Part shown: positions 45,352 through 54,358 of the stretch, piece by piece
How positions within the stretch are numbered: position 1 is the first letter of the stretch
How the letters are laid out: the number at the start of each line of letters is the position of its first letter
Virus record (IMG/VR): IMGVR_UViG_3300035145_003630
DNA from: an uncultured virus (IMG/VR IMGVR_UViG_3300035145_003630)
Taxonomy: Duplodnaviria; Heunggongvirae; Uroviricota; Caudoviricetes
Length of the DNA: 58,867 nucleotides
Reading direction: 5' to 3' (one strand)
Made by a program: the position numbers and the translations under genes
The notes under the pieces: generated by a model
What the model was told of the DNA's origin: nothing
Databases searched by the model: none
Seen by the model: the letters and a program-made list of their open reading frames with translations, nothing else

Positions 45352-46619
45352 TATAATGTACCTGTTAGTCTATCACACCATCCTTTTGAAGTTGAATACG
45401 GCCAAACAACCCAATAAGCTGGTTTTTCAGTTATGTTAAATTGTCTCCAAACTTTACAATACCCATCAGGGTCATTCATCATTCGGTCAATTTCTGCTTT
45501 GTCAGCATCCTTTCTGTAAATAGTGTTATCTTCCTTATCGTGGAACGCAACAACCCAATATTCATAATCTTTTTCAGGTACTTGGTCGTAACCAACGTCA
45601 ATACAGTGTTTATAGATGGTAGCAAAACTCTCCAACCATTCTTCTTTAGATTCAAATGAATCAATACCAGGGTTAGGTGGATAGTTCTTATCCAAAGTGT
45701 ATTGTTGTACACCTCTTTTACTAAATTTCAATCCTGAGAATTCTTCATATTCTTCCAAAGACCTTACAGGACCAAAACCGTATTTACCTTCGTGACCTTC
45801 TTGAGATTCACCGTCCATACCAAACAACTTTCTGTTTGTTAGGTGTGATGTGTTGTTTTTACTTACCCAATCTTTGTCATCATCCCATTGTTTTGTTCTA
45901 CCTTTACGAGTGTATTCGTGCCAAATCAAGACTTTGTGTGGGTGGAACATATCATAACCCCATGTGAACGCTCTTGCCGCGATTGAAATCTCCTCACCGT
46001 GGAAATAGTATTCAGGGTTGTGTTGTACCTCTTCACTGAATTCACCTAAAGTGAAACAGAAGTGTGCTGAGTAGAATCTCGCAGGAACAGGTGTATCTAA
46101 TTCTCTCCAGCCTGGAATAGTTTCAGGTAAAAAGAATACCGCTCCCTCAGGAATGAATCGGTCAAAGACCATTCTCCACGGTTCCTGAACTCTTGCACCA
46201 GGGTCATTGTCAGGGTCAAATGATGATACATAACCCGTCAACAAAGGCTTTGGAATACCCATACCTTGAAGTTGTTTTACCATCGCAATCATCTCAACAT
46301 CCCAATCCTTAGCGAATCTCATGTGTGAGTCAATCTGTAAGGTATACATCTCACCATCATACATCTGCTGAATCTGATGTCTCGCCCAACATGCCCCCTT
46401 AGACTCTTCATAAGGAACATCTAAAATGCGGAATCTTTCATCATCACGGTACTTATCCAAATTATCAAATCCATCCTCAGGATGGTATTGTCTACAAATC
46501 CCTAATATAACATTTTGGGGACGTTTTGCGTTTTTTAACATATCTTCGATTGTTTTGACCAACTCAGGGTCACGATACGACGCAATCTGTACGAAAATTT
46601 TCTGTGCTCTTCTTGCCAT
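45351..46619 (-). CDS. GT60-like UDP-GlcNAc:polypeptide alpha-GlcNAc transferase (Skp1-HyPro Gnt1 / mucin-type OGNT family)
   Basis: IFVQIASYRDPEL, GACWAR, LQIDSHMRF..WD and FHGEE..IAARAFTWGYD.FHP...WH.Y. Confidence 0.85.
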   Translation of the reverse strand: MARRAQKIFVQIASYRDPELVKTIEDMLKNAKRPQNVILGICRQYHPEDGFDNLDKYRDDERFRILDVPYEESKGACWARHQIQQMYDGEMYTLQIDSHMRFAKDWDVEMIAMVKQLQGMGIPKPLLTGYVSSFDPDNDPGARVQEPWRMVFDRFIPEGAVFFLPETIPGWRELDTPVPARFYSAHFCFTLGEFSEEVQHNPEYYFHGEEISIAARAFTWGYDMFHPHKVLIWHEYTRKGRTKQWDDDKDWVSKNNTSHLTNRKLFGMDGESQEGHEGKYGFGPVRSLEEYEEFSGLKFSKRGVQQYTLDKNYPPNPGIDSFESKEEWLESFATIYKHCIDVGYDQVPEKDYEYWVVAFHDKEDNTIYRKDADKAEIDRMMNDPDGYCKVWRQFNITEKPAYWVVWPYSTSKGWCDRLTGTL

Positions 46620-46682
46620 AATTTTTAATGTTTGTATTAAGAATAATCAAGAATTATTTAAGATAAAGGGATATTTATAGAT

Positions 46683-46856
46683 ATGAAACTACTTAAAACA
46701 ATAAAAAGATTAGTTAAAGAGTCAGAAGAAAACTTGGACCAAGCAATACAAAATAGTGCAACTCCAAAAGAAGTTAAGGCTCTTGAAGAAAGCTATACAG
46801 AATCGTTAAATCTACTTTCACTATACGAAAGTATTGAAAACGAAAAAGAGGACTAA
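46683..46856 (+). CDS. small acidic helical protein (57 aa, MKLLKTIKRLVKESEENLDQAIQ...)
   Basis: Translated by hand. TATTTAT lies 4 nt upstream and a hairpin spans the stop codon. Confidence 0.65.
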   Translation: MKLLKTIKRLVKESEENLDQAIQNSATPKEVKALEESYTESLNLLSLYESIENEKED

Positions 46857-46874
46857 TTTCTTAATCCTCTTTTT
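46843..46874. terminator. putative bidirectional terminator
   Basis: AAAAAGAGGA...TCCTCTTTTT inverted repeat between convergent genes. Confidence 0.55.
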
Positions 46875-46907
46875 GTCATTCTTTATATTTTATTGGGTTT
46901 CTATTCT

Positions 46908-49634
46908 CTAATATTCAACCGTAATCTTTTCAATATCTTTTCTTTCCGCTTGGATGAAGTAGTAACAGTCAATCTTATTACTAAATAAGTTTCCATTCCC
47001 AATGTAAACAACATTATCTTCAATCTTTTTGACGTATAAGTTTTGGTGTGAACCTACTGAAGTTAATTGAACAGTAATACTATCAGGGTCAACCAAATCT
47101 CTCCAATACTCAGGAAGTTCAATTTCTTTGTCATTCAATTGTCTACCTCTAATATAAACACCGTGTTCAGGTCCCTCAAGGTTACCATGCTTCAGCCTAA
47201 TACCCTGTTCTTTCTTTTCAGGGTTAGGGTGTGGAATATCAAAGGCTTTTGATACTGCAGTTAAGTTACCTTGAGCATCAACTCTAAATACAGGTGCCTG
47301 ACCTTGGTCATAACCTTCAACTAAGTTAGGTCCTCCACCATTAGCAAATAATTCCAACACGTTTTGGTAAGAATCGTCAGCTTCAATGAATACCCTTGTA
47401 GTACTATTGGTAGTAGTAGTAGATTTGTAGAATTTAGTATCATCAGTACCTGTAGCACTAAACTGTAAATCTCTACCACCTTGACTTACTGTTCTCGTAC
47501 CAGCTAAGGTACCATCTGTTGAGTATAGATTTGTATTCCCTGCAGATGTAATATAACCAGCATCATTGTTAAACCCACTAATATTAATATTTCCTTTAGT
47601 AAGTTTTTTCTGTGCGTTGACACTATCAACAACAACAAAGAAATCACCATCACCATTTGACGTTGACGTGGCTAACTCTGATAAATCAACATTGACATTA
47701 CTACCGTCAACATCGATAAGTGTACCCGCACCTACATTAAGTGTTACTGAACCACCTAAGGAAACCGCTCCCCCACCTGTCAAACCATTTCCACCTGTCA
47801 CTGTAAGTGATGAGTTGGCTAAAGACGCATTAGGTACATTAGATAAACCTAAGGTAATCGTACCTGATGAAGTTATTGGTGAACCACTATCTACATCAAT
47901 ACCGTCAGTACCTGAAATTGCCACAGAAGTTACAGAACCCGAAGAGTTGGTAAACGGTAAATCTGAAACAAGACCTTTCTTAACATTATTGTCAGTAGCG
48001 TCGTGATAAATGATTGTATCAGTCAACGCAATATCAGTACCTTCTAAATTTGTTGCTGAGTCAATAAAGTTATCAGTACCCGCATAATCTATAGATATTG
48101 TTCTTGTTGATGCTATTGTCCCACCACCAGTCAAACCTGTACCTGCAGAAATACTTACACTATCATGGTCCACGTTTCTTGAATTTGTGGTATCCAATCC
48201 AACCGTGTCAGCAGCAACTGAAATACCTGTACCAGCACCTACATTGACTGTAACCGCCCCTGATGTACCACCACCCGTTAGACCGTTACCCGCCGTGACA
48301 GCAGTAATATCTCCAACATTTATTGAACCACCTAATGAGACTGCAGAACCATTAATAGTGATTGATGAGTTGGATAATGCTGAATTAGGTATTGACGACC
48401 AAAAACCTGTAATATCTTGTGCCGATGAACCATCGTTTAACCCTAATGAAAGTGTACCACTTGTAAATGTACCACCAGTCACATAAGTATCTACAGAACC
48501 ACCAACTGTTAAATTAATAGTATCAGTTGTTGAATTACCTGAAATCACAACAGAACTATCAGATGATGTGAAGTTCAATGTACCACCTAATGGTACCACA
48601 GGGTCAGTACCTGAAGGTGCGTTAACAGTGAATGATGAATTGGCTAATTTAGCATTTGTTACATTCCCATCAGTAATTTTTGCCGTGGTCACTGCATTTG
48701 TTGCTAATTCAGTTGAACCAACCGCACCTGATACGATTGAGGCATTCAGTGTGAAGTTAGCCGAACCATTGAACGATACATTACCTGAAAGGTCTGTACC
48801 TAAAGTCAATGTTCTTGAATTTGCCCAAGTGTCGGCAGTTGATGCGTTACCGTTAACATCACCTGTTAAATCACCAACAAACGCTGTAGAAGTTACCGAT
48901 GTTAAACCTGCCAATGTTGTAGATGTACCACCTAATGAAATTGCCGTTGAACCAATCGTTACTGATGAATTTGCTAATGAACTATTCGGAATATTAGAAA
49001 GACCTAAAGTTATACTACCACTTGTTGTGATTGGTGAACCCGCATCTACATCAATACCGTCAGTACCTGTAATTCCAACAGAAGTTACTGTACCACTATT
49101 GTTTGAGAATGGTAAGTCAGAAACAAATCCTTTCTTAACATTATTATCTGTCGCATCATGATAAACAATCGTATCACCTGCAGCTATTGAAGTACCCTCC
49201 AAATTTGTTGCTGAATCAATGAAGTTATTAGTACCTGCGTAATCGATAGATACACTATCGGCGGCAACACTAATACCCGTACCTGCACCTACATTGAGTG
49301 TCACAGAACCTGAAGTACCTCCACCTGTTAAACCGTTACCGGCAGAAACACCAGTGATGTCACCAACATTAATTGAACCACCTAATGAAACCGCGGTACC
49401 ATTAATAGTGATTGATGAATTGTCCAATGATGCGTTTGGAATAGTAGAGAAAGAAAGTGCACCTGAACCATTTGTTAATAATACAGTATTCGCAGACCCA
49501 TCAGATGTTGGGAAGGTATATGATTGATTAAATTGAATCACACCTCCCGTTGATATACTCATCTGAGTGGTTGCGTTTGTTTTCAGGAGTAAACCTGAAG
49601 TACTACTATAATTAACACCGTTTAATGTTGCCAT
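46908..49634 (-). CDS. tail-fibre-like protein with internal duplication and C-terminal intramolecular-chaperone-like domain
   Basis: G/T/S-rich repeats (AGNGLTGGG, VTTAKI). C-terminal SKAFDIPHP..LKHGNLEGPEHGVYIRG..LPEYW..LV..ITVQLT. Confidence 0.75.
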   Translation of the reverse strand: MATLNGVNYSSTSGLLLKTNATTQMSISTGGVIQFNQSYTFPTSDGSANTVLLTNGSGALSFSTIPNASLDNSSITINGTAVSLGGSINVGDITGVSAGNGLTGGGTSGSVTLNVGAGTGISVAADSVSIDYAGTNNFIDSATNLEGTSIAAGDTIVYHDATDNNVKKGFVSDLPFSNNSGTVTSVGITGTDGIDVDAGSPITTSGSITLGLSNIPNSSLANSSVTIGSTAISLGGTSTTLAGLTSVTSTAFVGDLTGDVNGNASTADTWANSRTLTLGTDLSGNVSFNGSANFTLNASIVSGAVGSTELATNAVTTAKITDGNVTNAKLANSSFTVNAPSGTDPVVPLGGTLNFTSSDSSVVISGNSTTDTINLTVGGSVDTYVTGGTFTSGTLSLGLNDGSSAQDITGFWSSIPNSALSNSSITINGSAVSLGGSINVGDITAVTAGNGLTGGGTSGAVTVNVGAGTGISVAADTVGLDTTNSRNVDHDSVSISAGTGLTGGGTIASTRTISIDYAGTDNFIDSATNLEGTDIALTDTIIYHDATDNNVKKGLVSDLPFTNSSGSVTSVAISGTDGIDVDSGSPITSSGTITLGLSNVPNASLANSSLTVTGGNGLTGGGAVSLGGSVTLNVGAGTLIDVDGSNVNVDLSELATSTSNGDGDFFVVVDSVNAQKKLTKGNINISGFNNDAGYITSAGNTNLYSTDGTLAGTRTVSQGGRDLQFSATGTDDTKFYKSTTTTNSTTRVFIEADDSYQNVLELFANGGGPNLVEGYDQGQAPVFRVDAQGNLTAVSKAFDIPHPNPEKKEQGIRLKHGNLEGPEHGVYIRGRQLNDKEIELPEYWRDLVDPDSITVQLTSVGSHQNLYVKKIEDNVVYIGNGNLFSNKIDCYYFIQAERKDIEKITVEY

Positions 49635-49670
49635 TTTATATTGTTCTTTCTCTTTTTATTTTTTGGCTAT

Positions 49671-49690
49671 GGGGGAGGGTTAACTCCCCC
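49671..49690 (-). promoter_or_regulatory. GC-rich 5'-UTR hairpin
   Basis: GGGGGAG-N6-CTCCCCC between TATTTAT (49705-49711) and ATG 49634. No adjacent U-tract on either strand. Confidence 0.5.
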
Positions 49691-49738
49691 AATCATATCT
49701 AATGATAAATACTTTTCAAATAATTTATAGTGTATAAA

Positions 49739-52612
49739 TTAGATTACTTGTACCCATCCGAATGATTTATTAATGTACACACCTTCGTCACCGTCAGTTT
49801 GATATACCATCAAACCTGTTGCTGGTGAACCGATTGCATTTCTTTGGTCTTCTGTCATCCTTGGGAATAAGAAACCTTTCGTTGTTGAAGCAACCTCTAA
49901 GACTGCCGTAGCATCAGGTGCAGCTACCCCAACACCGACAGCACTTTGTGAATTATCAACCGAAAGTACTGTACCATCTACTGTAAAGTCACCACCTGAG
50001 AACGCTAATGAATTACCACTCTGAGTAACTGTTCTGTTACCTGATAAAGTACCATTAGTGTTGAAGATGTTTGTGTTTACAGAAGCACCGACTGTAATAT
50101 CAATAGTATTTGAACCAGTACCGTTGATTGTTACAGAAGAATCTGAAGACGAGAATGTTAATGTGTCTGAGTTAGAACCAGCCACTGGGTCTGTACCTGT
50201 AGGTAAGTCAATAGTCTTGAAGATATTCTGTGAAGAACCTAAATCAGTGTTAGCAATTGTAAAGTTAGGGTAAGTTCCCGTTGCCGAGATACCTGAACCA
50301 CTTGTCAATACAACTGTCTTATCCCATTTGTTTGAACCTGAACCTTCAGAAATATCATCAGTATCAAGAACAACAACACCTGTTTGACCGTTAACCGATT
50401 CAACAGCATCGTCACCATCTACTCTCTGCCATACCGCTCCATCATAGATTACAAGGTCACCAACTGTGAATGTAATGTTACCACTACCCAAGTTTTGTGT
50501 ACCACCTGTTGCCACACGGTACGCATCACCAGCATCACCTGTACCATCAGCTAATGTTGGAGAGTTAGTAGCTGCATTCCAACTACCTTTATATTCAAAT
50601 ACTGAAGATGGTAATTGAGATGTTGGTACTTTACCGTTAGCGTCAAGAGAAGCGTAACCGTTATTTGCACCTTTTTCTGATTTGAACTGTACTGTAGCAG
50701 TATCAAGACTAACTGTCATTGTATCAGTGTTAGTACCAACAAAGTCAATACCTGAACCACCGACAAAGTTCATAGTATCACCCAAACTAATTGTTTGGTT
50801 AACACCTGAATCACCTGCCAAGATAATCGCTGAATTCGTCAATGAACCATTACCAATGTTAGTAATCGTATTGTTCGAACCTGAGATAGTTTTGTTTGTT
50901 AATGTTTGAGAACCACTCAAAGTTGCAACTGTATTATCAATTGCAATTGTCACTGTACCTGCTGATTCAGTAGCATCAATACCTGTACTACCGTTAAAAG
51001 TAAGTGTTTCACCTAAAGCCACTGGACTCTCATTTGAACCATCACTTACAGTGAATGTTGAATTCGCTAATTTAGCGTTTGTTACGTTAGCGTCAGCAAT
51101 CTTAGCTGTTGTTACCGCCGAGTTAGCCAATTCTGTAGTACCTACTGAACCCGCTACGATACTCGCATTCAATGTAACATCACCTGAACCATCAATTGAC
51201 ACAGAACCTGAAAGGTCAGTACCTAAATCAATCGTTCTTGCTGTTGCCCATGAAGATGCAGTATCAGCGTTACCTGTAACATTACCTGTTAAGTTACCAA
51301 CAAATGCAGTAGATGTAACCGAAGTTAAACCAGCTACAGTACCAACAGTATCACCTAATTCGATTACTGTTGAACCTAAAGTGAATCCTTGATTAACTAA
51401 AGCAGTGTTAGGGATATCCGTCCAAATATCACCTACAGTGAAAGTGTTATTAGCATTATTCGTAAATGTAATAGTTCCTGTAGAGAAAGTACCACCTGTA
51501 ACGAATGTATCAACACCAGCACCTACTGTAATATCAATAGTACCTGTTCCTGAGTTACCTGTAATATCTACAGAACTATCAGAAGAAGTTAAATTCAATG
51601 TACCACCTAAAGACACTACAGGGTCAGTCCCTGCAGGAGCATTAATTGTTAATGATGAATTTGCAAGTTTCGCGTTTGTTACGTTAGAGTCAGCAATCTT
51701 AGCTGTTGTTACAGCCGAGTCTGCCAATTCTGCAGTATCAACAACACCCGCATCAATCGAAGCAATCAAAGCAACGTTACCTGTACCATCAAAGTTAATA
51801 CCTGATGCAGTAATGTCACCTGAGATTGAGAACGACCTTGCGTTTGCTAAAGCAGTTGCACTATCAGCGTTACCTGTAACATTACCTGTTAAGTTACCTG
51901 AGAATGCCGTAGATGAAACTGATGTTAAACCTGCCAATGTAGTTGATGAAGTACCTAAATCAATTTCAGTTGTACCAACCGTTACACTGTCATTTACTAA
52001 TGCTGTATTTGGAATAGAAGTCCAAATACCATTAATAGCAACTGTACCACCATCGTTTCTTGTTAAGGTAGCAGTACCATTAGAGAATGTTGCACCTGTA
52101 ACAAATGTGTCGTCACCGTCAATACCTGTAATAGTAATATCTGATTCCAAACCACCGTTTATACTTAATGTGATTGTACCGTTAGAGTACGAACCACTCG
52201 TAATGAAAGGTAAATCAATTGGTGAAGAACCAATCGTACCTGTACCTGCCAATGCAATGTCCCATGCATTGTTGTATGTCACCGCCGTTACCGCTTGAAC
52301 TGTTAAGTTAGAGGTATCTCCATCAACATCTGTTAAAGTAACAACGTTATTTGAAATTGAACCACCAACTAACACATCGCTGCGATAAGACACGACACCA
52401 TTTGCGTTAGTCGCTAAGATACGTCCATCCGTACCTGACGCTAACCCTCTTACTCTCAATGGAGTAGAAGTAGAACCAGAAATATCAACCAAGTTTGTTG
52501 GTGATAAAACACCGAAACCGTGATTACCGTTTGCATCAATAACTTCTCTTTTCGTGCTATTGGTAGTAAACGTTAACGTATTCCCAGAACTATAATTTAA
52601 TCCGTTTGCCAT
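49739..52612 (-). CDS. tail-fibre-like protein
   Basis: GNLTGNVTGNA, VTTAKIAD, VESVNGQTGVV and LDANGKVPTSQLP. C-terminal LEVASTTKGFLFPRMT..QR.AI.SPA.GL.VYQTD. Confidence 0.8.
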   Translation of the reverse strand: MANGLNYSSGNTLTFTTNSTKREVIDANGNHGFGVLSPTNLVDISGSTSTPLRVRGLASGTDGRILATNANGVVSYRSDVLVGGSISNNVVTLTDVDGDTSNLTVQAVTAVTYNNAWDIALAGTGTIGSSPIDLPFITSGSYSNGTITLSINGGLESDITITGIDGDDTFVTGATFSNGTATLTRNDGGTVAINGIWTSIPNTALVNDSVTVGTTEIDLGTSSTTLAGLTSVSSTAFSGNLTGNVTGNADSATALANARSFSISGDITASGINFDGTGNVALIASIDAGVVDTAELADSAVTTAKIADSNVTNAKLANSSLTINAPAGTDPVVSLGGTLNLTSSDSSVDITGNSGTGTIDITVGAGVDTFVTGGTFSTGTITFTNNANNTFTVGDIWTDIPNTALVNQGFTLGSTVIELGDTVGTVAGLTSVTSTAFVGNLTGNVTGNADTASSWATARTIDLGTDLSGSVSIDGSGDVTLNASIVAGSVGTTELANSAVTTAKIADANVTNAKLANSTFTVSDGSNESPVALGETLTFNGSTGIDATESAGTVTIAIDNTVATLSGSQTLTNKTISGSNNTITNIGNGSLTNSAIILAGDSGVNQTISLGDTMNFVGGSGIDFVGTNTDTMTVSLDTATVQFKSEKGANNGYASLDANGKVPTSQLPSSVFEYKGSWNAATNSPTLADGTGDAGDAYRVATGGTQNLGSGNITFTVGDLVIYDGAVWQRVDGDDAVESVNGQTGVVVLDTDDISEGSGSNKWDKTVVLTSGSGISATGTYPNFTIANTDLGSSQNIFKTIDLPTGTDPVAGSNSDTLTFSSSDSSVTINGTGSNTIDITVGASVNTNIFNTNGTLSGNRTVTQSGNSLAFSGGDFTVDGTVLSVDNSQSAVGVGVAAPDATAVLEVASTTKGFLFPRMTEDQRNAIGSPATGLMVYQTDGDEGVYINKSFGWVQVI

Positions 52613-52656
52613 TGTCTTAAATTTTTTGTTAGTTTATGTTTAACCCTTAAAAAGGC

Positions 52657-54330
52657 TTATAATACATTCACCCACCCTAAAGACTTATACATGTACATAC
52701 CTTCTTCACCGTTTGCGTCGGTATCTGTACAGTAAACTAAAAGTCCTGGTAGTGGTGAGTTTATTGCTAATCTTTGTACCTGAGTCATCCTTGGTATCAG
52801 AAGACCTTGATTGGTACTCGCTAATTCTAATAAAGCACATACAGGTGTTGTCGTACCAGTACCCATAGATACTGAACCACCACTGAATGTGACACTGTTT
52901 GAGTTTTGGTCAATAACTCTATTACCATCCAACTGACCGTCTGTGTTGTAGATATTGTCAGAAGAGAATGTAATCCCTGTAATACTAACAGAACCATTAG
53001 TATTATCATTTAATGTAATCGTACCGTTTGAATAGGTACCACCCGTGATTTCAGGTGCAAAGCCTGTAACATTAAATACAGTACTGTCACTCATACCCAA
53101 AGTAAGAGTTGTTGGTGTGTACGTAGCACCAGTCAAGTAGGTATCATCACCATCAATACCTGTGATTGATATACTACTTTCTAAACCACCATTAACACCT
53201 AAAGTAATTGTTCCATTTGAGTAAGTACCACCTGTAATAAATGGTAACTCAGTCCCTAAGTAAATCAAAGTACCTGAAGTGGTACCTGTTAATCCCCAAT
53301 TGTTATATCCCAATCCTGTGATTGCATCAATACCAATTAGAGTGGCATTTCCAGCGTTATCGGTAACCGTTAAATTATTATTATTCTCAGTAATTGTCTT
53401 AACATATGACCAACCTCCAGCACCTACGTTCTGACCATCGTTTCTACCCAATGTTAGGATACCTGTTGATTCTGTATATGTCGCACCAGTGATGTAAGTA
53501 TCAGAGTTTACAGTGGTAAAACCTGAAACCGATACACTTGAACCTAAATTGTCCGATAATGTAAGTGTTGAACCCACTAAGGTGGCACCTGTAATAGATG
53601 TCAGACCAGTAATATCAACATTACTATCATTATTTAGACTTAACCTTAAACGACCTTCTGAGTTATACGTAACCGTACCCCCTGTAATGTATGTATCTGT
53701 ACCACCACCGGATGTAAAACCAGTTATGTTGATAGTACCCCCCGTATTGTTATTTAAGGCTAATGTTCCTGTCTCTGAAGTGTAAGTACCACCTGTAATT
53801 TGCCAGTCAGTACCCCAGAATACTCTCCAACGTGCGTTGTTTCTCGTTACACCACTAACACCTTCAACAGAGTCATCTAACCATGCGTTGATAAAGTCTA
53901 CACCACCTGGTGTTGAGGTGGTAACGTTTGTACCGTAAGTAGTTTCTGTAGTAGAACCTGAGGCAGCATTCCAAAGAGTTTCGTAATTAGGAATTGTGTA
54001 TTGGTATGTACGTTCTGTTTCGTGTACATATACCAACATCCCCAACCTTCTACGTCCTGATGAAATATTATCAGAATTAAGGGTTAACGTATCAGGTAAG
54101 AAAGGTAAAGTTCTCTTAGAATAGTTTACAGGAATAGTATTACCTGTAAATTCAATAAGACCTGTATCACCTGAAGGAACCACAAATGCAAGGTCATCCA
54201 AAGTATAGACTTCCATATAACCCCCCGTCTGAAGGACACTAAAATTAGTACCGAAAACTTTTTCTCTTCCTACTGAATTAGTACCTGTTAACAATGTTGC
54301 ACTAATCGGGTTTTTATATATGAAACTCAT
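52657..54330 (-). CDS. tail-fibre-like protein
   Basis: DTYITG(G/A)TY repeats and RRRLGMLVYV. Same C-terminal domain type as 49739-52612. Preceded by TATTTAT. Confidence 0.75.
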   Translation of the reverse strand: MSFIYKNPISATLLTGTNSVGREKVFGTNFSVLQTGGYMEVYTLDDLAFVVPSGDTGLIEFTGNTIPVNYSKRTLPFLPDTLTLNSDNISSGRRRLGMLVYVHETERTYQYTIPNYETLWNAASGSTTETTYGTNVTTSTPGGVDFINAWLDDSVEGVSGVTRNNARWRVFWGTDWQITGGTYTSETGTLALNNNTGGTINITGFTSGGGTDTYITGGTVTYNSEGRLRLSLNNDSNVDITGLTSITGATLVGSTLTLSDNLGSSVSVSGFTTVNSDTYITGATYTESTGILTLGRNDGQNVGAGGWSYVKTITENNNNLTVTDNAGNATLIGIDAITGLGYNNWGLTGTTSGTLIYLGTELPFITGGTYSNGTITLGVNGGLESSISITGIDGDDTYLTGATYTPTTLTLGMSDSTVFNVTGFAPEITGGTYSNGTITLNDNTNGSVSITGITFSSDNIYNTDGQLDGNRVIDQNSNSVTFSGGSVSMGTGTTTPVCALLELASTNQGLLIPRMTQVQRLAINSPLPGLLVYCTDTDANGEEGMYMYKSLGWVNVL

Positions 54331-54358
54331 CTATCTTTTATTTAGTTATAAATATCCA

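Noticed and set aside
47067..53785. Plus-strand Pro/Val/Glu-rich ORFs opposite the fibre genes (e.g. 48568-49161, 51405-52298)
   Set aside because: Antisense shadows of Gly/Thr/Ser-rich coding sequence.
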